Below are positions 14,980-22,878 of a stretch of 28,086 nucleotides of DNA, one piece after another (within the stretch, counting starts at the first letter, position 1; each line of letters begins with the position of its first letter). Origin of the DNA: a virus. Taxonomy: Duplodnaviria > Caudoviricetes. The stretch lies in the IMG/VR virus record IMGVR_UViG_3300025141_000571, positions 1 through 28,086 of that record; one strand, written 5' to 3'. The position numbers and the translations under genes were made by a program. Below the pieces are notes generated by a model. It did not search any database, was not told where the DNA came from, and was given only the letters and a program-made list of their open reading frames with translations.

Positions 14980-17900
14980 TGACAGTTTTAAATAGACCAA
15001 TGTTTAGACGACCATCAGCACTACCACCTCTTCGTGGTCCGATGCCCGTGGTTCGTGAAACATATCCGGTGGTTAAAAGAGAAGAGGGAACTCCTCCTCA
15101 AGGAGAAATTTCTAAATTTATATTTGGAGAGGTTCCTGAAAGTACTAGTTCTCAAGAAGAATATGATAGAAACTTTTACCGAGATAAAGGTTATGACGAT
15201 ACTGAAATTGATTTAATTTTTAAAAAATTATTAAATCCACTAGAAATAGAGCCAGGAGAATTTTCATTAAACTTTGATCTTGAAGCTGCTGTTATGGAAG
15301 GAAAATTAATTAGAAGAGCAGCAGGTTCTCCTCCAGAAGGAGAAAAAAACACAATTAAAGAAACTTTATTTGAAGCTATACAAAATCTTTTAAGTTCTCC
15401 TTCTTTTTTAAGTGAATTTGATAAAACCCACACCTATCCAACAGAACCCAGATCAGCAAAGGAAATTTTATTTTCAGATCCTAATTCTGTTGTAAGAGAA
15501 GGAGAACAAGCTTACGATCCGAATTATGGCTTAACAGATGAAGAAATTGAATTAATAAACTTACAAGTTACAAGATCGGGAGAGGCAGAAAACAGATGGG
15601 AAGATGTTTTACGAGAAAAAAATTTTAGAAATGTAAACACAGATGAATTAAGATTTAGACAAACAGGATCTCCTCCAATGGGAGAACAAGTAAATGCTGA
15701 AAATGTAGGTATTATGGATGGCTTTAATGAAGGGCAAGCTGCTACAATGATGGCAGAAGGAGAAGCTGCTCGACAAGAAATAGATAGTTCTGAAACTTAT
15801 GATGAATTAATGAAATCTACGAGAGGCGATAATTTAAGTGAAGCTGATAGAAGAAAAGAATTAGCGGCCTATGTAGGAGAAGAAGATGCTGAACAAACAC
15901 CTGATAGTGTTCTTGCATTGCTTCAACCTGTTATGCAAATGCTTAACACAGAAACGGCTAATGTTGGAATAGCTCAAGTAGAAGATGGAAGTTTAGAAAT
16001 GCCTACAGAACCTGTTGGAATAGCCCAAGGAGGAATTGTAGGCTATGCAATGGGAGGAGCTGTACGCAAAATCCCAAAGTACGCTAATGGCACTGGTTCT
16101 TCTGGTGTAAGTGTGGAAGAGGAACAAGGATTTGGTTTTACAAGTAATGAATCCCAATATCCTAATACTATTTTAGATCTTTTTACAGAAGAAGATTTTG
16201 GTGATTATTTTTCAACCGGAGACACAGAAGTATCTCCTGTACGAACTAAATATGATGCTAACTATAAATTATTTTCTGAGATTTTAGGAGGTACTCAAAG
16301 TTCATCTAAAGACCTAATAATAGGGGATATTCTTACAACTGTTGTTGCTCCTTTAGCTTTTGCTTATGCCCAAGGAGAAGATATAAATACTGTTTTAGGT
16401 CAAGGATCAAAAATGGTGGGAGAAAAGGCATTAGCCTACGATAAAATAAAAAAACAAGAAGAAGCACAAATTAAACAGTTAGCCTTACAAGAGGCAATGA
16501 AAAAAGATGAGGATCCTTTAATGGAGGTAAATTTAAGAGATAACCTTGATACACCAAATGTAGATGAAAGTTTAGAAAAAGTATGGAGAAAACAATCTGA
16601 GGTTATAGAGAATCAAGATTTATATACAGTAGAATCCATAAGTAAAGTAACGGCAGACGTTGAAAAAGTAAAAGGAGAAACAGCTAAACTTAATATTGAA
16701 ACCGCTATTAAAGAAATAGAATTTGAATATGCAAATATTTTAAAAGACTTAGAAGTAGAAGATAAACAAGCCTTAGTAGAGGGAAGACTTATAACTAATA
16801 CTATTAATCAAGCTATTGCTAATAACAAACCAGAGTTACTTGCAGCCGAACTTAAAAATATTAATTTAAATAATGTAGAAAAAGGTATTCGAAATGATAC
16901 GCTACGACCAACGTTAGAAGCAGAATTAGAAAAATCTTTAATTGATATTGATATTGCGACAGAAGATTTAAAACAAGAAATAGTTACAACTAAATATGCT
17001 GATGAACTTGCTCAATTAGAAGGGGATGAACGACAAGCAAGAATTAATGAATTAATACAAACATATGATTTTAATGAAGAAAACAATGTTCTTCTTCTTG
17101 AAGAAAAAGCAGCAGAAATAAATAATCTTGTTCTTACAGGTAAAAACCTTACTCTTGAAAATGAATATCAAGAACTAGAAAATCTATTTAAAACAGAAAC
17201 AATGGATGCAGATATTCAGGCTAAAATGTTAGAAAACACTCAAAAACGATTAGAAAATGTTAAACTTAGTATAGAAAATGAATATTTACCTGAAGAGAAA
17301 AAATTAGGCATTGATAAAATAAAACTAGACATGGAAAAATTAAATGAAGTTATTCAGGGTCAAGTTCTTGAAAATCAAACAAAGATTCTGGATCTTAATA
17401 ATTATAATGAAAAAACTTTCTTAGAATTTGAAAAACAAAAATTAGAGATTAGAAAATTACAATATGAATTAGATAATCCTAAAAAAGATTGGGAAGAAAT
17501 TAAGATTCAAACTGAATATATGAACAAATGGAATAACTCTCCTATAACAACAATGATGAGAGAAAAACAAGGTTTCATGCAAAATCTTATTAGTAATGCA
17601 GGTGAAAATACAGGTGCTGGTGATCTCAGCTTTATTTTCCAATACATGAAGATGCTTGATCCACGATCCGTTGTTCGTGAAGGGGAATTTGAAACGGCTA
17701 AAAAAACAGGTGGTATACCAGCTAGTGTATGGGCGGCTTACGAAGGAATTAAAAGTGGTAAACTTTTATCTCCATCCGTTAAAGCTGATTTCCTTAGTGC
17801 GGCAGGAAAAATGTATCTGCAAGAAGTTGAAAATTATAATAAGGAAAGAGCAACATATCTTGATATTGCTGCTCAAAACGGGTTAAAGGCAGAATTAGCA

Positions 17901-18065
17901 GTACCATCTATTGCTTTTGATACTGACTTAATTGAACAAATAACTAATGCAAATAAAATTAATGACTTTATAAAAACCTTTGAATTACAGGAAAGCGCTA
18001 TGCCTATTGAAGAAGGAAGTAATCTTTCATTAGGAAAAATTAGAATACCAAGTTTGGGGGGCTGA
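14979..18065 (+). CDS. Large acidic coiled-coil putative ejection protein (1028 aa)
   Basis: N-terminal VLNRPMFR, a long E/L/N/K coiled-coil region, and a C-terminal domain with FQYMKMLDPRSVVREGEF. Position within the internal-protein operon. Confidence 0.65.
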   Translation: MTVLNRPMFRRPSALPPLRGPMPVVRETYPVVKREEGTPPQGEISKFIFGEVPESTSSQEEYDRNFYRDKGYDDTEIDLIFKKLLNPLEIEPGEFSLNFDLEAAVMEGKLIRRAAGSPPEGEKNTIKETLFEAIQNLLSSPSFLSEFDKTHTYPTEPRSAKEILFSDPNSVVREGEQAYDPNYGLTDEEIELINLQVTRSGEAENRWEDVLREKNFRNVNTDELRFRQTGSPPMGEQVNAENVGIMDGFNEGQAATMMAEGEAARQEIDSSETYDELMKSTRGDNLSEADRRKELAAYVGEEDAEQTPDSVLALLQPVMQMLNTETANVGIAQVEDGSLEMPTEPVGIAQGGIVGYAMGGAVRKIPKYANGTGSSGVSVEEEQGFGFTSNESQYPNTILDLFTEEDFGDYFSTGDTEVSPVRTKYDANYKLFSEILGGTQSSSKDLIIGDILTTVVAPLAFAYAQGEDINTVLGQGSKMVGEKALAYDKIKKQEEAQIKQLALQEAMKKDEDPLMEVNLRDNLDTPNVDESLEKVWRKQSEVIENQDLYTVESISKVTADVEKVKGETAKLNIETAIKEIEFEYANILKDLEVEDKQALVEGRLITNTINQAIANNKPELLAAELKNINLNNVEKGIRNDTLRPTLEAELEKSLIDIDIATEDLKQEIVTTKYADELAQLEGDERQARINELIQTYDFNEENNVLLLEEKAAEINNLVLTGKNLTLENEYQELENLFKTETMDADIQAKMLENTQKRLENVKLSIENEYLPEEKKLGIDKIKLDMEKLNEVIQGQVLENQTKILDLNNYNEKTFLEFEKQKLEIRKLQYELDNPKKDWEEIKIQTEYMNKWNNSPITTMMREKQGFMQNLISNAGENTGAGDLSFIFQYMKMLDPRSVVREGEFETAKKTGGIPASVWAAYEGIKSGKLLSPSVKADFLSAAGKMYLQEVENYNKERATYLDIAAQNGLKAELAVPSIAFDTDLIEQITNANKINDFIKTFELQESAMPIEEGSNLSLGKIRIPSLGG

Positions 18066-18067
18066 TA

Positions 18068-20656
18068 ATGACCGATAAAAAATATTTAACAGTTAAAGAT
18101 CTTCAAATGCAAGATAATATTGATAAAAAAACTCTTCAAATATTAAATTATGAACGGTTAGGATTAATTAAAGATGAAGAGACGCTTACTGCTATACAAG
18201 CTGAAAGAGATGCAGGAAGATTTCCCCAAGCTTTAGAGCCTATTAGTGCTGAAGTATTTAAAGCCTATAAAGATGCAATTAGCACTCTTATTATAGGAGG
18301 CGGTCCTATTGAGGGTTTGTATAATAATAAAGATGCCGCCGATCTTTTTTTAAGTTCAGAAATAACAGCTAATTTTTGGAAAGATGATGATGTTAAACAA
18401 GAAATATTTGCTATATTAGGGGGAGTGTTAGCCCCTACTGTTACAGGAAAAATTGGTGCTATTCAAAGCTTTGTAAAACTTGCCCCTAGATTTGCTAAAA
18501 TGATGGCAGCTTTTGTAGGTGGTGCAACTGGTTCTGCTCCTTGGGCAGACACATATGGGGAAATATTACAATATGGTTTAAGAGAAGGTGCAGGCGAAGG
18601 TGCTTTTCAAGTAATACATAAATTTTTTCCTTATTTACGAAAATTTTTTAGAGGAAAAAATAAGGAATTGTTAGAAGAATTTGCGGAGCAATCTCAAAAA
18701 ATATTATCAGAGGGAGGATTAACCATTACTCCTGCTCGTCTTAGTAAATCAAGATTTGTTGATCTTTTAGAACAAATTGCTGAAATCTCTTATGCGGGAG
18801 GAACTAGAATGAGCACTAGTGCTGCAAAAACAATAGAGGGTGCTCAAGAAATATTAGGAAGATTTTTAACAAAAGAATTTTTAAAAGGTAAGTCAAAAGA
18901 CTCTATTAAAGCTCAAGAAAAAATGATTTTAAACTTTTTAAGACAAGCTAATGACGAACAAATTAATCTCGTACTAAAAGAATTTTTACAAAATGGAAAA
19001 ACTCTTTATAAACAAGCTACTGACGCCGCTTATAATACCGTACAAAAATCTGTTACCGCCGCTGTAGGAGATGCAAAAATTATTGATATTAGTAGTTTAA
19101 TAAAAATATTTGACGATCAAGTAAGAATTTACGGAGGAGAAATAGCCGATCCTAGTGTAAGAGCAATGCGTCGATATCTTAATCAATGGATTAAAACAGG
19201 TGATGGAATGGTAGATTTTAATACAGCTAAAGCCATTCGTTCATGGTTACTAGGTAAAACAAAAGCTTACACAACTACAGGAACTCCAGCACCTCAATTT
19301 ATTACAAAATTAGCCGCCAAGTTACAAAATCAAGTAACAAAAAAGATGAAAGGGGCATTAGATGCTTTATCAGATAGTGCTACTGTAAATAAAGAGTTGT
19401 TAGATAAAATTTGGAAAGAATATGAAATTGCTAATGATCTTTTTAAAGGGGGAAGAAGAACTTTTAATAATACTTTTATTACAGGATTATTAGCTGCTAC
19501 TAAAGCAGAGTCAGGGGTTATTTCTAAAAAGGCTTTAGAAGCTACTAATAAAATATTTAATACTTTTTTTAAATCTGGTGAAAGAGATATGGCAAAATTT
19601 TTCTTTAGATTATTAGATGACGGAGTTGCTCAAAATCATATTACAAAAGAAGCCGCAGAGTTAATTCGTAATAATATACAAGGTTCATATTTTGCTAAAA
19701 TTATTAATGAGGCTAGAGATCAAAGCACAGGTATTATTAATCCTAAAGTTATATTAGAAGGAATAGATGACTTAAAAGGACCGGGAAAAAATATTATTAA
19801 AGAAATTTTTAAAGGACCACAAGGGGATTTAGCTTTAAAAAATTTTACAAAATATGTTCGTGCTATAGAAACGGCTCAGTCACGAGGAATTGAATCAGCA
19901 GGAGGATCTTTGGTAATGTTTGGTGCACAAGCTGGTGCTGCTGTGAGTGTAATGGGACTTAATTTTGTTCCAGGAACAGGAACAAAGACAGAAGTAGCTA
20001 CGGGAATGTTATCTTTAGGTATTTTAGGGGGGCCTTATGCTATTGCTAGATTATTTACATCCCCTAAATTTGTAAATAACTTAATTAATGCTCAATTATC
20101 TAAATCTGGAACTAATCAATTTGCAAGGTATTCAACACAAGTAATTAATCATTTAGTAAACTATGGATTTGTAGATCCTATTGTGGCTAATACTTTTGTA
20201 AATGATGCTAAAGCAGCAGGTATATTAGATGAAAAAAATACAAAAAACATGGAATGGTATGATGGAAATGATTTAGCTGATGAAACATCTCAAGAAGTAG
20301 AAGAGGAAAAAGCAGGAAATATTTCTGTTTTTTTCCCTAACAAAGATGAAGTAGTGGATACAACTATGGATGCTATGCCTACTACTGAAGCCTTTGATTC
20401 AACAGACATTGATTCAACAGACATTGAAACAGAAATAAATATACCTGAAGCTAACACAGAAATAATGGCAGAAGAAATAATAACACCAGTATCTGCTGTA
20501 CCACAAGCCACTCCTTTAAAAGGACCAGCAGGAATGAGTTTTGATCCAGCAACATTAGAAAAATTAGAACAAGTGGATATGCCTTTGTTTAGGGCAAATC
20601 ACGGAGGAATTGCTTCACTCTTGGAAACAAAAAAACCTAAACAGATGGTGGTATAA
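18068..20656 (+). CDS. Large helical putative ejection protein (862 aa)
   Basis: Helical, with G/A-rich hydrophobic hairpins near both ends and an acidic low-complexity tail ending ANHGGIASL. Confidence 0.65.
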   Translation: MTDKKYLTVKDLQMQDNIDKKTLQILNYERLGLIKDEETLTAIQAERDAGRFPQALEPISAEVFKAYKDAISTLIIGGGPIEGLYNNKDAADLFLSSEITANFWKDDDVKQEIFAILGGVLAPTVTGKIGAIQSFVKLAPRFAKMMAAFVGGATGSAPWADTYGEILQYGLREGAGEGAFQVIHKFFPYLRKFFRGKNKELLEEFAEQSQKILSEGGLTITPARLSKSRFVDLLEQIAEISYAGGTRMSTSAAKTIEGAQEILGRFLTKEFLKGKSKDSIKAQEKMILNFLRQANDEQINLVLKEFLQNGKTLYKQATDAAYNTVQKSVTAAVGDAKIIDISSLIKIFDDQVRIYGGEIADPSVRAMRRYLNQWIKTGDGMVDFNTAKAIRSWLLGKTKAYTTTGTPAPQFITKLAAKLQNQVTKKMKGALDALSDSATVNKELLDKIWKEYEIANDLFKGGRRTFNNTFITGLLAATKAESGVISKKALEATNKIFNTFFKSGERDMAKFFFRLLDDGVAQNHITKEAAELIRNNIQGSYFAKIINEARDQSTGIINPKVILEGIDDLKGPGKNIIKEIFKGPQGDLALKNFTKYVRAIETAQSRGIESAGGSLVMFGAQAGAAVSVMGLNFVPGTGTKTEVATGMLSLGILGGPYAIARLFTSPKFVNNLINAQLSKSGTNQFARYSTQVINHLVNYGFVDPIVANTFVNDAKAAGILDEKNTKNMEWYDGNDLADETSQEVEEEKAGNISVFFPNKDEVVDTTMDAMPTTEAFDSTDIDSTDIETEINIPEANTEIMAEEIITPVSAVPQATPLKGPAGMSFDPATLEKLEQVDMPLFRANHGGIASLLETKKPKQMVV
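20394..20427 (+). repeat. In-frame 15-bp tandem duplication (about 2.3 copies)
   Basis: TTGATTCAACAGACA x2 followed by TTGA; encodes DSTDI DSTDI. Confidence 0.9.
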
Positions 20657-21816
20657 TGGCTAGAATGAGAAAAAAATTTTCGGAGGAAATAAAAAAGCGT
20701 CCTTCAAAAGGATATAAAAATATTGTTAAACAAAAATTAGAGAGAATAATTAGGCAAAAAGATAAAGGTCTTTCCACCACAGGAGTTGATCCTAAAACAT
20801 CATGGGGAAAAAGAACAGGTAAATTTAATGATGTTAGAGATAGATATCTTGAAGGGGGATGGGATGCTCTAAGCGAAGGAGACAAAGCAATTGCAGGACA
20901 TTATTTAGGATACACAGGAGGAGCAGGAAGTGTTCCCACTCCTTATGGAGGAGAAATGGACCGATTTAAAAAAACATCTCCTCTTCATAAACAAGTTTAT
21001 AAAGAAAGATTTCCTCATCCATTAACTCAAATAGTTGGGGCTCTAGGAGATGCATATAAAACGTTTTCTCCTATGGCAAAAATAATGAGTGGATTTAAAA
21101 AAGCTGAAACAGGTGCTAAGAAAATTACTGATAGTATTACAAATGCTTTAGGAATATCTTCTACTGATGAAGCTAAACCTTTTATTTATGAAGGACCTGT
21201 TCCCGCTTATGATCCATCAGGATTAGAAGAGTATCAAGATAGAATTATGCGACTACAAAACCAGAATAGAGGCGACACACAAAAGGAAGAAGTAACGGAA
21301 ATTAGTGATACAAATATAGAAACAATTAAGTCTGAAAAACAAAATAATAAAATATTTAATAATCCAGAAGTTTTAGCAGATGTTGCTAACTTTAATAGGG
21401 CTATTAAAAATCCTGGTGTTGTAAATGCATTACCTCCTAATTTTCAAAAAACTTTAAATATATTAAAAAATACAGGAAATTTAACATCAGGGGATTATTT
21501 AAAAGCTAATCAATTATTAACTGATGTAGTATCATCACAGCCAATTTTACCAAATTTATCTACAGGAATTGCTCCTATTCTTCCTCAAGAATTTGAAGTG
21601 GCGGAAAATACTTTTACCCCTACTCTTTCTAATATGGCAGATACCGTTACAGAGTGGAGAGAAAAATTAAGTGATGATAAAGGATTAGATGTAGGAATAA
21701 ATGATAGATCACTTCAATATTCTAGACCATTATTTGGAGGAAATATAGAAGGCAGTATTTCAGGAATTGGAACAGAAAACCCAACAGCAGGTTTATTTTT
21801 TAATAAAGTAATTTAA
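20656..21816 (+). CDS. Hypothetical virion-associated protein (386 aa)
   Basis: Coupled by TAATG on both sides. Very basic N-terminus; C-terminal amphipathic beta-strand-like segment. Confidence 0.6.
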   Translation: MARMRKKFSEEIKKRPSKGYKNIVKQKLERIIRQKDKGLSTTGVDPKTSWGKRTGKFNDVRDRYLEGGWDALSEGDKAIAGHYLGYTGGAGSVPTPYGGEMDRFKKTSPLHKQVYKERFPHPLTQIVGALGDAYKTFSPMAKIMSGFKKAETGAKKITDSITNALGISSTDEAKPFIYEGPVPAYDPSGLEEYQDRIMRLQNQNRGDTQKEEVTEISDTNIETIKSEKQNNKIFNNPEVLADVANFNRAIKNPGVVNALPPNFQKTLNILKNTGNLTSGDYLKANQLLTDVVSSQPILPNLSTGIAPILPQEFEVAENTFTPTLSNMADTVTEWREKLSDDKGLDVGINDRSLQYSRPLFGGNIEGSISGIGTENPTAGLFFNKVI

Positions 21817-22019
21817 TGGAAACAAATCTTAAAAATATTATTTGGCTCGGTTTAATTTTAGTAACCGCTGGAATAACTTATGGCATGATGTCCCAACGAT
21901 TAGAAGCAGTTGAATCAAAACAAAACCAATTAGAAATGATAATACTCCAAGACATACCAGAAATAAAAGAACGAGTGATACGCCTTGAAGTATTATTGGA
22001 ACAAGCATTAGAAAATTAA
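21816..22019 (+). CDS. Small single-TM coiled-coil protein, holin/lysis-like
   Basis: One hydrophobic helix (IIWLGLILVTAGITYGMM) followed by a heptad tail. Last gene of the late operon. Confidence 0.55.
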   Translation: METNLKNIIWLGLILVTAGITYGMMSQRLEAVESKQNQLEMIILQDIPEIKERVIRLEVLLEQALEN

Positions 22020-22171
22020 GTTTTATTTTCATATCTTTTATTTAAAATATTTTTTATTCTATCCCAATCTTTTCTATCTTTCCATTGTTTCGGTGTTATA
22101 GGGTCGCGTAACGCCACCCTATCAAGTTCAATAGATCTTATAATTAATTTTTCATGTAAAGTTTTTTTCAT
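22016..22171 (-). CDS. Hypothetical basic protein (51 aa; not in ORF track)
   Basis: MKKTLHEKLIIRSIELDRVALRDPITPKQWKDRKDWDRIKNILNKRYENKT*. The ATG abuts the upstream stop and its own stop overlaps the convergent stop (TTAA). Confidence 0.7.
   Translation of the reverse strand: MKKTLHEKLIIRSIELDRVALRDPITPKQWKDRKDWDRIKNILNKRYENKT
22098..22122. repeat. GC-rich inverted repeat near the convergence of the late and early operons
   Basis: ATAGGGT-C-GCG-taa-CGC-C-ACCCTAT, with no adjacent U-tract. Confidence 0.55.
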
Positions 22172-22405
22172 TTATTTATCATTAAATAATTTAGCCGTTA
22201 TATTACAATAACTTTCATATGAAAAAGAATCTTTGTCTTTTTTTTCATCACCATATTCCGGTGTAATGTAATCTGGTATTTTTATAACAGACAATTTTCT
22301 TGTCCAACGATATGATACATCTATATTTTCTTTATTTATAATATCATCAGCATACAATTTTAATGCATGTATGAGAATATTTCTTTCATTATTATTTAAT
22401 TTCAT
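22172..22405 (-). CDS. Hypothetical protein (77 aa)
   Basis: GGAG SD upstream; tightly packed between its neighbours. Confidence 0.7.
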   Translation of the reverse strand: MKLNNNERNILIHALKLYADDIINKENIDVSYRWTRKLSVIKIPDYITPEYGDEKKDKDSFSYESYCNITAKLFNDK

Positions 22406-22407
22406 AA

Positions 22408-22815
22408 CTAAGCTCCCATTAATTGTGATGTTGAGATAAAGTAATGTTGTATCTTTCTTGTTCTACAATCCCAAGTGTCAAATACTGTTTGTTTATCTAC
22501 AAAAACTAAATGACGAGATACAGCTACAAGAGCAGATTTTTTAAACTCCCAATTACGAATAGAGATAGTTCTTTTATTTTTGTCTCTGGGAGTTTTTTGT
22601 TTTATCCAACCATGTTCAGCTAAAAATATTTCATAGGTTTGACGATGATTAGGAAACATACCTGTAGTTTTAGATAGTTCACATAAATCTTCCCAAACTT
22701 TTTGATAAGGTAATTTTGTAGCTAGAGTACATGCTCTTATAACACAGTCTCCTAAGTTAGATTTTTTTTGAAATGGAGTATTTGATCTTCCTCCATCGTG
22801 AAATTTATATTTCAT
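22408..22815 (-). CDS. Phage protein with a putative papain/C39-like Cys-His-Asp triad
   Basis: GDCVIRA…RHLVFV…VFDTWDC. AAAGGA SD. Confidence 0.65.
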   Translation of the reverse strand: MKYKFHDGGRSNTPFQKKSNLGDCVIRACTLATKLPYQKVWEDLCELSKTTGMFPNHRQTYEIFLAEHGWIKQKTPRDKNKRTISIRNWEFKKSALVAVSRHLVFVDKQTVFDTWDCRTRKIQHYFISTSQLMGA

Positions 22816-22841
22816 TATTTTCCTTTCTTTAATATAATATT

Positions 22842-22870
22842 ATATTATACTATATAATACTTAAAGTCAA
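22842..22870 (-). promoter_or_regulatory. Putative sigma70 early promoter
   Basis: Minus-strand TTGACT (22870-22865), 17-nt spacer, TAATAT (22847-22842), embedded in tandem TATAAT copies. Confidence 0.6.
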
Positions 22871-22878
22871 GAAAAATT

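Noticed and set aside
20394-20427. 15-bp tandem repeat as a phase-variation or regulatory element
   Set aside because: There are only two in-frame copies in a low-complexity acidic linker, consistent with a neutral slippage duplication.
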